From Hormiphora californensis (lineage: Eukaryota > Animalia > Ctenophora): a DNA stretch of 64,000 nucleotides. The first letter of the stretch is position 1; every line of letters starts with the position of its first letter. The stretch spans positions 434,001 to 498,000 of the forward strand of contig CM035351.1 of NCBI GenBank assembly GCA_020137815.1. Direction: 5' to 3'. Below, one piece after another: positions 29,950 to 61,200 of this stretch. Both the position numbers and the translations under genes were made by a program. The notes under the pieces were generated by a model. It was not told the DNA's origin, made no database searches, and saw only the letters and a program-made list of their open reading frames with translations.

Positions 29950-32900
29950 ATGTCCACTGACACAGGGAAACTCCAGGAAATCAGGGATAATGGATGGGAT
30001 ATTTTCTCATGCCCCAGAGGAGACAGAGGAGGTGGCGGGATCGGAATTCTTTTTCGAGATGGTATAGTTCTTCGGCAGTGTCCGGTAAAGACCAAGTATA
30101 AGTCATTTCAAGTTCAAGAAGTTCTCATCAGTGACAGGGACCAACCGAAGAGAATCTGTAACATTTACCGCCCCCCATACACACCGAAGTCAAGACTTAC
30201 GGAGGCTACTTTCCTATCAGAGTTTGGTGACTACCTCTCTGAGCTTGTTATGAAGCAAGGTACTCCGATTATTGCTGGAGACCTGAATTTCCAGGTGCAA
30301 GATGATAACAACTTCTATTCAAGGAAACTGTTGGAGCTCCTGGATTCGTTTGACCTTCAACAAAGGGTACCGCTGTTGCCTACTCATAGGCATGGAGGAA
30401 CCTTGGATCTGGTGATAACTACGAGAGAAACTGCTCTGGATGACATATCCATCTTTCCAAATGGTACTACTTCAGATCACTTCCTGGTACGGTTTGGGAT
30501 TCAAGTGAGACCTGACCTGTCTAACTCCCGTCTGAAGAAATCAGTGTTTCGAGAATATGTGGACTACAAGTCAATGGATTTGGAGGGATTTAAAGAGGAC
30601 TTGAGGAAAGCAGATTTTGAGGAAGGGAGGGATCCAGAGGAGGGTGTTGTGAACTTCTATCGTTGGCTGGAAGGGATAGTGGAAAAGCGAGTACCGAGGA
30701 AGCGGGTGAGGACGGGGAAAAAGTTTAAGCCGTGGAGGGATGAGGAACTTAGAGGATTGCTTCGTGAGAGGAGGACTGCAGAACGGTATTGGCGAAAACA
30801 TGGGACTGAGGATGCAAAGCGGAGATTTAACGATCTGAAGAAACTGTATGGAAATATGGATAAAGAAAAGAGGTCACTTTTCATCAAAGAGGACTTGGAT
30901 GCAGTCAAAGGAGATCCGAAGAAACTACAAAATAAGCTCCAGAAACTCCTGGGAAAGGCTGAAACTATTCTCCCTGAAACAACTAGCACTAAGAGCTTGG
31001 CGGATGATTTCTCACAGTTTTTTAGCTCTAAAGTGACTAAAATTCGGAATCAAGTTAACGAAGAACAGCAACAAGCTGGTGACTTTGAGGAACCTGGAAG
31101 AAATTGTCATGCAACGTGGAAGGAATTCAGAGAGGTATCTGAGGAGGAACTTGTCTCAATTGTGAAGTCTATGTCAAGTAAACATTGTGACCTTGACCCC
31201 TTGCCCACTTGGGTAGTGAAGGAGTGTATACGGGACCTTGCTCCTGTATTGACATCGATAGTCAACCACTCTCTCCAGCAGTCGACAGTAGCAGAATCTC
31301 TCCAGAAGGCGATCGTGTTTCCTACTATTAAGAATATCTATGGAGATCGGGAAGCTCTCAGTAACTATCGGCCTGTTTCGAACATCCCATTTCTTTCTAA
31401 GCTTCTTGAGAAGGTAGTTCTCACGCAGCTGAATGACTACCTGGATAGCAATTCTCTTTTGGGCAAGCATCAATCCGGTTACCGTGTTGGGCACAGTTGC
31501 GAAACTCTGTTAGCCAGCATGTTTGATGATGTACTAGGCGAGATGGATAAAGGAAACGTAGTAGCTCTTATTTGTTTGGACATGAGCGCTGCGTTTGACA
31601 CAGTGGATCACGGAAAGTTGTTAGAGGTGTTGCAGAATCGGTTCGGAGTGGATGGTGATCCTCTTCAATGGTTTAAGAGCTACCTGAGTTCTAGATCATT
31701 TAGAGTCTCAGTCGGTGATTGTCTCTCGGATACCCTGGCCTTACTATGTGGAGTACCCCAGGGGTCCCTTCTTGGTCCAATTTTGTTTCTACTTTATATT
31801 GAAGCTGTGCAAGATATTGTGGAACCTTATGGTCTTCGGATAAAGCTATATGCGGATGACTCCCAGCTCTATGTGAGTCTGGTCCCTACGGATTCTACTG
31901 GCTGGTCTGAGGCAAAGGTGGATATTGAGGAGTGTTTGGCGAGGGTAAAGAGGTGGATGGTAGGACAGTGGTTAAAATGCAACGAGGCTAAGACAGAATT
32001 CATCCTGCTTGGAAAGCGCAGTTCGTTAAGTAAAGTCTCTTTTGATCCAGTCATCAGCTTTGGGGGAACGGAAATTTTTCCTAGTGAATGCAGTGGAACA
32101 GATGGTAAAACCCTGGGAATTCTCTTGGATCACAATTTAAATCTCGAACGTCAGGTTAATAATGTGAGGAAACAGTGTGGACTGGTATTACGGAACCTAT
32201 GGCAACTACACAAATGTTTTGATGTCACAACAAAGATAATGTTGGTCAAACAATTGATCATTTCGAGGATTGACTACAGTAACATTCTGTATTATGGACT
32301 TCCTGGCCGAGTTCTCAGTGGGCTCCAGAAACTCCTTAACGCCTGTGTTCGCTTCATATTCAACATCCATGGGCACCAAGAGGATTACATGGAATACTTC
32401 AGGAAGTGTCATATTTTACCGATCTCCTACAGGCTGGACTTCAAAGCCTGTCTAATCGCCTACAAAATAGTCTATGGAACAGCACCCAGTTACCTCCAGG
32501 AAATGGTGCCACTTGATGGCAGTTGGGGTCTCTCCAGGACAACAAGGATGACTAATGTTACTGATCCGTACAGATTGAAACATCCGAAGATGACCAGTAT
32601 CAACGCCAACTCTAAGTTGAGACGCAGGAGACTATCGGTATTTCTACCTAATGTTTGGAATGGACTACCCCTTGAGCTTAGGTCAATCCCCAACGTCGAA
32701 ACCTTCAAGGCCCGCCTGAAAACACATCTCTTCGTTGGTGCATTTGGAGTGGGTGATGGGGAACCCATGACTGAGTTGTAATGTTTGTTGTAGTTGTGGG
32801 GCCTGCGGGCAATCAGTGTCAACCTCTCTCTAGCCATGTTATTATTTCACTACCTAGTATCCTTTTTCCTAGCAGGTGTAAGTAAAGTGTGTTTAATTTA

Positions 32901-33131
32901 TAGCTACAGGTTTATGGGACCAGTTTATCCTTCAGTTTTATATGTCCAGTTAATTTAGTCTTACAATATATTGTTCTTTTTCAACCAGAGTGTTCGTGTG
33001 TGTCATATATTTAATCGAGGATATACCGCTCTGATGACTCGACGGAGCATCGCCAATATTTTGACATGTTTCCGCCGGGTATGGGCGGTATACAAGCGCG
33101 GAATATTATTATATTATTATTATTATTATTA
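29950..33131 (+). mobile_element. CR1/L2-type LINE: 5'-truncated ORF2 (APE endonuclease + RT, 29950-32781), 3' UTR and (ATT)n tail
   Basis: 943-aa open ORF: RGGGGIG, NIYRPP, AGDLNF, PTHRHGGTLDLVIT, SDHFLV (APE); NYRPVSNIPFLSKLLEK, QSGYR, LDMSAAFDTVDH, GVPQGSLLGP, YADDSQLY (RT); FKARLKTHLF. TATTATTATT tail near 33103-33131. Confidence 0.95.
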
Positions 33132-34404
33132 TGTATATCAGAGATAATAAATAAATAAATAATAAATGTGCAATACAGGCATCTGTAACAAAGCTCTAGT
33201 CAAGAATCTAAATTAGACGAACGGTGAACAGAACTTACTAAATTCAAACGGATTCATTATTCATATTTCATGACTTGTTTTGTTCAACTCTTTTAAATTT
33301 ATATCGTGCCAGTTATCAAATATCAGTAGTAGTTCTGTGAAGTGTTGACACCGGTGTTAATTTAATTAAAAGATCTGCAAAATCACCTGACAATTGTAAC
33401 TGCTAAACTGTTTCATCCTTTCAGCAGTGTTTGTACAACGATTGTTGCCTTTATACAATTAAATTGTGTAAGTTATAAAGATTTAATAATAATTCAATAG
33501 TGGCCTGACAATACGCCCACATTACCTGATTCAGGCTACTTCCACTGATAACCATATTTTGAAGCTACTTTGTATTGTTATAATCTTGTTTGACCTGTTC
33601 TGCAGTATTTATCGTGTTTGACATGTTACCCCCCTTCTATAGCGGTTTGTGGTGAAGCTACTTAGTATTGTTATCTTGTGTCAAGTATTGTGCAAGTGTT
33701 TTGTTGTTATCTATACATGTTGTATTTTGTTGTTATCTAGAGGTGTGTTGTTTGACATTGTACCCCCATTGTTCTGTAGATTTTTTAAAATGGGATTAGA
33801 TAACAATATCAATTATGATTAAATGATTAAATGATTAAATTGTTCTGTAGAGGGATGTGGTGACACCTATGGGAAATGAGTGGGAAGAAGCATGGAGATA
33901 AGAGGAAGTGAGTATATGTTTAGTATTTCAAGTGTCCTCCGGGAGGACTCCTCCCTGTTTAGTACAGACTGCACACTACACAGTGTGTCCTCCCCAGCCT
34001 GGAGTAACCCCTCAATCTCTTCTTCTTGGAGATCACATTGAAATGAAAAACTTACAAGTGTTTTTGTTATTCCACATTTTATTGTCGATAACAAATAGTC
34101 TTCTTGTTGCCAGTAGAAATAAACTTGAACCTAGATTCGCATGTCATTTTAATCCCGTAAGCATCAAGTCCAGTTTATCCTAATTATTATACCAGGGAGA
34201 GAGAGAGGTTTAGTAATTTGTGATAATCAGTAAAATTACTGCACATGTAGCAAAGCCTAAATGCATCTTTATGGGTAATTTGGATCTCCCAGAGACCGGT
34301 GTGGCTTGTAAATTATTGAACCCAATTAACTGAGTTACTAGCAGTTTCAGATCAAACCCTTTTTGGAGGTCAATCAGTTTCTAACTTTTTAACTCTCTCT
34401 TCAG

Positions 34405-53499
<19,095 letters not shown>

Positions 53500-53858
53500 C
53501 GGGTGGCGGGTTCTGAGTGGGTGATCCCCGCCACGTCATGATGAGTCAATGTGGGTCTGTTGAGTGTTTGTGGTAAAAAGAGGTCAATTGAGGGTGCTAG
53601 CTGGGCGAGAAAAAGAGAGAGGTTTATTCTTTTATTTATCTCTAGAGAAAATGCGATATGTTTTAGAACCAATAAATCGTATATGATAGTCACTGATTCT
53701 TTTGCTAGGCCAGACCTTGATTGAATCGGGCTGCCCTACTAATGAATATAAATATTCTTTTATTTTTTCATTTACCATCAAATCATTCCTTACAGTTATA
53801 ACGCAATATATATATACAGTTTTTGCTGGCTCATTCTGACTGTGAATCACGTTCCTCA

Positions 53859-54160
53859 CAGTGGTCATCCGACATAATTGCCATATATCTCGACATGAAC
53901 TTCGATGTGGAATTCGACGAGAATTAGCAGGCGTTCAGATGTTGTGAACGCCTGCTGTGCGCGGTGCATTGGCACGTGCATCTTGGGCGCTGGCAGGCTT
54001 CTATATGTTACAACATGTGAAAGCTTGCCAGCGCCCAAGATGCACGTGCCAATGCGCCGCGCACAGCAGGCGTTCACAACATCTGAACGCCTGCTAATTC
54101 TCGTCGAATTCCACATCGAAGTTCACGTCGAGATATGGCAATTATGTCGGATGACCACTG
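53859..54160. mobile_element. 302-bp hairpin MITE downstream of the Clock stop codon
   Basis: CAGTGGTCATCCGACATAATTGCC.../...GGCAATTATGTCGGATGACCACTG, arms near-perfect, TCA on both flanks. Confidence 0.88.
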
Positions 54161-54416
54161 TCAATCAGCTACCAGTACCAATCTGCCAAAAATCTGTCTG
54201 GCAGCACTAGACCCCATTTTGGCAGCGCGACAGTGTGCCCAGATCGGGTCGGCGCCGCCAGACAGCCAAAAAGCAGGTGCTACTGCAGTGATACAGGAAC
54301 CACCAGAATGAACCAGACTTTAATAGATTCACGTTTTACATAGTGTAATAAAAGACACCCTCCACACATACACAGTCCTCATTATACACCCATGTATTTA
54401 TTATATATCTCTCAAG

Positions 54417-54508
54417 CAGGAACCGACCGAATCAGGAAATACTGGTCCTTGATTGGCTGATAACCAGTCACGTGACCTAAATAACGAGTTCTGATTGGTC
54501 GGTTCCTG
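54417..54508. mobile_element. 92-bp hAT-type MITE
   Basis: TIR CAGGAACCGACC / GGTCGGTTCCTG; 8-bp TSD CTCTCAAG (54409-54416, 54509-54516). Confidence 0.88.
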
Positions 54509-55267
54509 CTCTCAAGTTGATGATTTTAGCATTAATCCATATGTGCGTTTAAACTTTTTAACTGCTCTTGTACATAATACAACAATACGATTCTCTGAGT
54601 GAGAGAGAGAGAGTGAGAGAGTGTGTCTGAGAGAGAGAGAGAGAGAGAAATGTATGTCATTGTCTCCATGATATTTTATGATGAGACAGACAGACATGCA
54701 TGAGTTGTCAAGCGATTTGCATCTTAAGTTTGGAAATGGAAATGAATAATCCCTTGCTGAACCTTGTTTTGTTCAAGGCAAGCTGAAGCTGGGCACACCC
54801 TTTAGTGCACTGTCTGGGAGACAGACACCGTTTTGAGAATCAAAATGGAGTCGGTGTCTCCAGACTGCAACACTGTTGTTCATTTCAAACAGTGGCCAGT
54901 GGGTGCACCAAGTTATTCAGTTGAGTTGACAGAGTGTAAGTCGCTTGAAAATATTTCAATCGCTGTGTCAGAAAGAACGGGAATTAGAATCGAGATAGTG
55001 GTGTGGTAATGAGTGTAGAGAGAAATTGAATGAGTATATTTTGAGTGTCGAGTGAGTGAGAGAGAGAGAGAGAGAGAGAGAGTGAGAGAGAGATAGTTTT
55101 TGGTTCGTTTTATGGAGTGTATACCAAGGAAACTAAATTATATTGTGCAAAGAAAACTGTTTGCCTCGTTCTACTAAAAGTTGTCACCTCAACTTCCATA
55201 GATCTCTACAAAACCTCTAATTACAATGATTGTATGGTCCACCCTAGGGGCAACATCAACGATCCTC

Positions 55268-58200
55268 CTAGCAACACATGATGTGACCAATTATAGAACG
55301 CCTTGTCCGACGTTCCATTTTTCTAGCTCTATGGAATTGAGGTGACACCTTTTTCATCGGGAACAGTGATAAATCTTTGATTGGAAATTGAATAAAAGGG
55401 ATAAAATCGGATAAAATCACACAATTACTGTCCAACATCAGTGCATCCTTCAATTTGAAGTTCGAATGTTCATCTCGGCCATAAATCATTTCTTATTCCT
55501 CCTGCAACTACCCTCTCTATAATCCCACACAGAGCAAATATTGGGCACATAATGAATGCCAGTAGCGGCCTTTATTGGTGAGAAATGGGGAATGGGTGGA
55601 AGGCCGGTGTGGAGGTTTAGACTTGATTTCATACTGCTACTCGAGGTGTTCCTGTTCTGAGTTGGGGCTTTCTGTAGTCGAACAGGGTTCAGTCGGTCGG
55701 TGTCCAGTTGTAGTAGCCGGGGTATCAGAAGTGGGGCAGCTACCTCATCCTGTAGGGGAGAGAGCGGGGTAAGTGTTATAGTAGAACTGGCATGGGTATG
55801 TTGTCGTATAGAAAGGCCAAGTTCGGGCTTTAAACCAGGCGGTTAACTGTCAGAGCATTGGCCTCACAACGGTTTATAGTTTGTGAAACAACGTCCCGGT
55901 TTTCAATCTCACCTGTTTAGTAGTGTTTCTGTTTGGCCAGGTTCCAGATTCGGGTGCCTTTGCCACAGGTTTTGTGATGGCTATCTCCTCCAGAGTGGAG
56001 GGTAGACCTACTGTTTCTGTTGAACATGTGACATGGGGGAACAGGATGGAGGAACCTTCCTGTTTCTTAGGGCCAACACTATCCATTATCTTTTTCAGCA
56101 TCGCTGTGGAATAGAATGGGGTTAGAAGTTGTGACGTAGAGACGCTGGTAATGGTCAAATCTTCTGTGAAGTCGTGCAACATCTCTGTGTCGGTGCTGCC
56201 TTCATGGAATGTAGTTTTGGAGGTCGGGGAATGTGAGCGGAGTGAAGAGAGTGTTCCCCTGTATGACGGCGCCATACCCCGGTGTCCTCAGATGGGGTCG
56301 GCGGCGCCAGACAGGTGTTCCCCGGGAAGTACTCACCGTTGTGGTTGATGTGTAGCATGGCAGGTCGGACTATATTTTTAAGGGCTCGTGGATCAGGTAG
56401 AGAACAGAAGAAGTCTTCCTCCTCCTCCAACATCCCGGCACTGTATGTCGCCAATTTCCTGGTGGGGGACAGTATAATGGACTTCAGTCTCCAATCATTA
56501 AGTTATAAGAGCAGATGGTTTTACTCAGTGTCTGGTGGTAGCAGTCGAAATTCGAAACGGATGACAAAATCTTGACTCAACCCCGGGCCGTCTTGTCAAA
56601 TTTCTATATACCCAAGATCGACGTGTAGTTTCTTGTACTGAAGATCCAGTAGATCACGTATCCTCCTGTGTAGTATCATTGCTCTATCAATGTCTTCATT
56701 GTGTTCCATCATCTCCACCTGGTACAGAACACCATTAAAATGCAGCCCGGGGTGATGTTGGTCAATTAAAAGAACATCATTCCACCTACTAGTGGTACTA
56801 CCCCCGGGGGCCCTTATAGTTGTACGTGTTATATCTTCCCACCCACATGCACATTGCACAGACATTGCACAGACACATGCACACATACCTGGATAGCACA
56901 GAGGCGGCGGTACTTTACGTAGGCTTTGAATATCGCTGTGATCTTCTGCTCTCCTATTTCCAACCACCTGAACAGAAAACATAGTTAAACCCCACAAACC
57001 GATTCTTCCCTTAGATATCTCTGACCTACCGATTAAACTTGTTGAACCCTTACTCAACAAGATTAAACCACCCCTGAGGGTGACCCCTCCCCAAATTCTG
57101 ACACAATACCCTCCCAATACCCCCTACAGCTGCCCAGGTCCCCCTACAAACCTATCTCTATCACCTCATGTCCCAGCGCTCATATTCCACTACCTCCCAG
57201 CTCACCTGCCGATAATGTTGGTGATGATCTTGTGTCCCAAGTTACTCAGTTGACCAGCCCGGTGTGCCACATCTAGTAAACCCACATTCTTCCTCTGATC
57301 CGGCACACTAATAAACAGTTTAGGAATCATGGCATCGAACCCAAAATCATCAGCTGGGGTTTTGTTGTTATTCGTTTCAACAGGGGTCGGTTCCTTCACA
57401 GTCACGGCTGACCCGTCAGGTGTTGAGTCAGGGGGTGGGGGTCGAGGGGAGGAGAGCTGTATGGCATCTTGATCGGATCCCTGACGGCCCCAGAACCGGA
57501 CCAAAGCCTTCTCTATCGTCCGCACCTCACTCTCCTGTGTGGAACATTTGAGATAAAGTTTAGATTTTACGAGATGGAGTGGGTGGTTGCCATGGTAACA
57601 AATGGTGACGCACCCCGGAATGTCACCATGGCAATGGACGGAAGTCTAGAAATTCACGAGAACGAACCTGTTGTTTTTCAAAGTCCAGTTCCGTCTTGAT
57701 TCTACTGTTCACCCATTGTTCCCTCTTTAGGACCCTCTCTTTCTCCTTCCTCAGTTTCTCATTGGTGAAATCTGTAACCAGGTAAAAGGACATGATTAGA
57801 AGATGGAGAAGGTGGCCAAGAAAACGGAGAATATGGTGATCACCACGAGGAGAGCGGTCAGTCATCGAACTGACAGGGATACACCGTGCCGGATTGAGGG
57901 CAATCTATTCAATTATCTCCCACACACCTAGCATTGAGAAGACGGTCTTTTCTCGTTCCTTGATCCTCTTATCTAGCTCCTTGTCATCAAGTCGTTTCCT
58001 CCCCGACAAATCTCGAATCTTCATGTCCTTTTCCTTGATTGTCTGAAAAGCAGATCTTTGATCAGATGGGAAGATCAAGAGTCTTATCAAGTCTTATAAA
58101 AAGAGTCGAGATATTGGTAGTTCTGTATTGGTAGTTAGTAACTACTTAGTCCCTCTCATGACTGTTACCTGATAGACTTCAAACTCGAGGGAACTAAGCA

Positions 58201-61200
58201 GCTCGGAACTGGATATCCTCAATTGTAGTGGACTTTGTCCGTACTTGAAGTTCGTCTGGACCACGATCTGAAAAATAGGAAACTTGATATCAGCCCCACC
58301 ATCTTGGGAATCTAAACGGTACAACTCTGTAGCGAGTCCTAAACATTTGTTTTGCAATTGGGGGAGGGGTGGGGGTTGCTATGGTGACAAATGGCAACCC
58401 TCCCCCGTACCTGAGTAATGTCTTTCCCATTGAGTACTTCTGTCACCATATCTTTGAACCTGTGGTAGTATCAGAGTTTGGGGTAGCGGAGAGAGGTTAG
58501 ATAAAAGGGAGCTGGAAAGTTCCTAGTTCCTACTAAGGGGATAACATATACATGATATAGAACATGTGTATTGTGTAGCTACTTTAGGTACAGGTACCTG
58601 TTTATTGAGTACACAATCTTATTGAGTTCCTTCTTATGATTGCTAAGAATCTTCTCATGTTCATTGATCAGTTTCCTCGTTGTAGCCTCATTCCTTGTCT
58701 TCTCCTTTGAGATGAACTCCCTGACCTTCTCCATACCTCTCTCACTCTGTTCCCTCATTGACGCGATATACTTCTGGAGCACCGCTATATCCTGGGAAGA
58801 GAGGGAAGATTGGAGTTGGGGAATTGAGAATTATAGGAGTTAGGGAGATGTGGAGTTGGGGAAGAGGACGAATCAGGACGAAGGAGGAATTAGGAGATCG
58901 GAACACCCGATCGAGGCACCATACTTACATCGACATTCTTGATGGTTTTGTCTGTGTGAGTGTGAGTCTTATCAAACTCCTCAATAGCAGCCAGGTCACT
59001 GCTTGTCATGTAGTGAGTGGGCGCCGCTATACCAAACAAATCTGAGGAAATGTTGTTAGTCCCATTCCCACCCTTGCTCAACAACTGTAGCTGGGATTTG
59101 TCGGTATGTAATAACTCATTTCCCTGATCGAGATCTTTGAGTAACATAAGATATTCTGGAGGAAGATTTCTCACCCTGTTTGGCCATGCTACTCCTCCTC
59201 CTCTCACTTGGTGCCCCTCGAGCAATGGAAGCCCGTCTGAGAGCTGTTTCATTCATCATCACACTCGCCTTCCTAGTTCCCCGTCTCTTCCTTTTGAAGT
59301 TGATTGAGGGCATCTGGTCGGGGGAGCTGGCTCGGGAGTCGGGCTCTGTCTGACACTCACCATCTATCATCTGAGAGGAATGGTATGAGTGGAGAAGTAG
59401 AGGGGAAGGGCTGGGTATTGGAGAATTGGGGGCTGATTTGAGTCTCTAGATTAGAAGTATGAACTGATAATTACTTCTAATAGTAACCACTCTGATGACT
59501 ATCATTACCTCATTCTCCGTGTTTGTAGACTGGTCAATGAAAGCAGTGTAACCACCAACAGAAGACTCAACAATACTGGTAACAGCGGTGAAATGCGACT
59601 CCTCAGCAGGGATAGTTTCCTGTTCAACAATATTAGCTGCCGCCTCCTCCTCCTCTTTCCTTCTTCTCTCCTCCTCTTCCTCTTTCAACCTATCTTCCTC
59701 CCTCTGCTTTGCTTCACTCTCCAACTTTGCTTTCTCTGCTTTGATGGTCTCTGCATCGGCTGTTCCTGCTACAATCGCATCCTCTAGCTGCTTGACGTTG
59801 TCTCGGAGAGATGCTACCTCAGAGTTGAGCAGCACTATTGTACCCTCCAGATTGCGAACCTGGCGAGGGAGGGGGTATTAACTGCGGCTGTTTGGCACAG
59901 TGAAGAGGATTTCAGGTACTACTGGGAAAGTACCTGTTTGTTTTTCCGCACCAGCACCACTCTGATGGCTTCATTGGAGGATGCTAACTGGGTTAACTTA
60001 TCTGAAACATCTCAATATTGACACATCTGTTATCGTGGTTGGGGTGGACAGTTTATTAGATATGGGGAAGTTCAGAGCGGTTTAGAAGGGTTTCGAGACA
60101 AAAAACAGAGTCACAAGATTGAATTCAAAAGGTCTGATTCAGATGACCTGTACCCTACCTTCGACTTCTTTATCAGACGCCTGCATGACATCCTTCAGTA
60201 CAGTTTTAGGTATAACAGCCTGCTTCACCTTCTCCTTGGGCGGCTGCTCCTTCTCCTTCTGTTTTGGTGGTGGTGTCTCCAGGTTCTTGCTTGCCATGGA
60301 CTCAACCGTTTTGATCTTCACCTTTAGTTTGGAAATCTCTCCATCCCGCCCCGCTATATCTTCCTTCAGCTTCTCACACTGCTGACTTAGCCTTACCCGG
60401 CTTTCTTCAAGCTGAAATAAACAGAGGGTTAGAATCAGAAAGGCACATTCTATTGAACATATCTGATAACTTGTCATCTCTCTCTACAACGGGAAGATAG
60501 CTCTTGTATTGTACCTAGCCTCTCCCTTACCACAGTGGGTAAGAAACGGGGGGGATGCTATATTAGGGAATTATACTTTGTCTAGGCATCATTCAGACAT
60601 TTCTTTGTCTTAAATAGCCCTCAAAATGGACTTAAAAGCAAGTTAATATACCTAGATACCAAAATTTTGGACTTTTTACACCCGGATGAGGCTTGAGGAC
60701 ACTCGACGGGAAGTCTATTTTCGTTAAAAAAAGGGTAGAAAATTGTTAAGAAGCGGATAAGTCAGTAATAACAGGGGAAAGTGTGTGACAAAAGATTTTC
60801 ACCACAAATGTGTCCATAAAGGTCATCTTTATCGATTACAATCGATGGCATCATTTATTCGTGGTAAAAAGGGTCCATTTCCGGGTGGGCGTGGCACCTT
60901 TACTTTGAGTGTAGGGTTATAAGTGTAACTACACTTAGGAAAGGAGTAGAGATAAAATTCAAATGGTTCATTATCGGTCATATAATATTTAAAATCTATG
61001 TCTTTTTTCATAACTATTATATAAACATGGGCATTTTCTATCGATTTGCCAAGGGAAATTGGGCTAAACCTACTCTGAACCGGTTAAACCGTATAATAGC
61101 TAAATACGGCTATGCGCATATCTAATTATCCAATTATTTAATTAACCAAATGAGATGGCGACTTAATTCCGGCACCTACCCCCACTAATGCGAGGACGCT

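Noticed and set aside
25876-34094. Possible minus-strand exons (25876-26145, ~27830-27978, 33867-34035) of an extra small gene
   Set aside because: Acceptor-like sites and short open frames exist, but I could not build a consistent gene model or recognise any homology.
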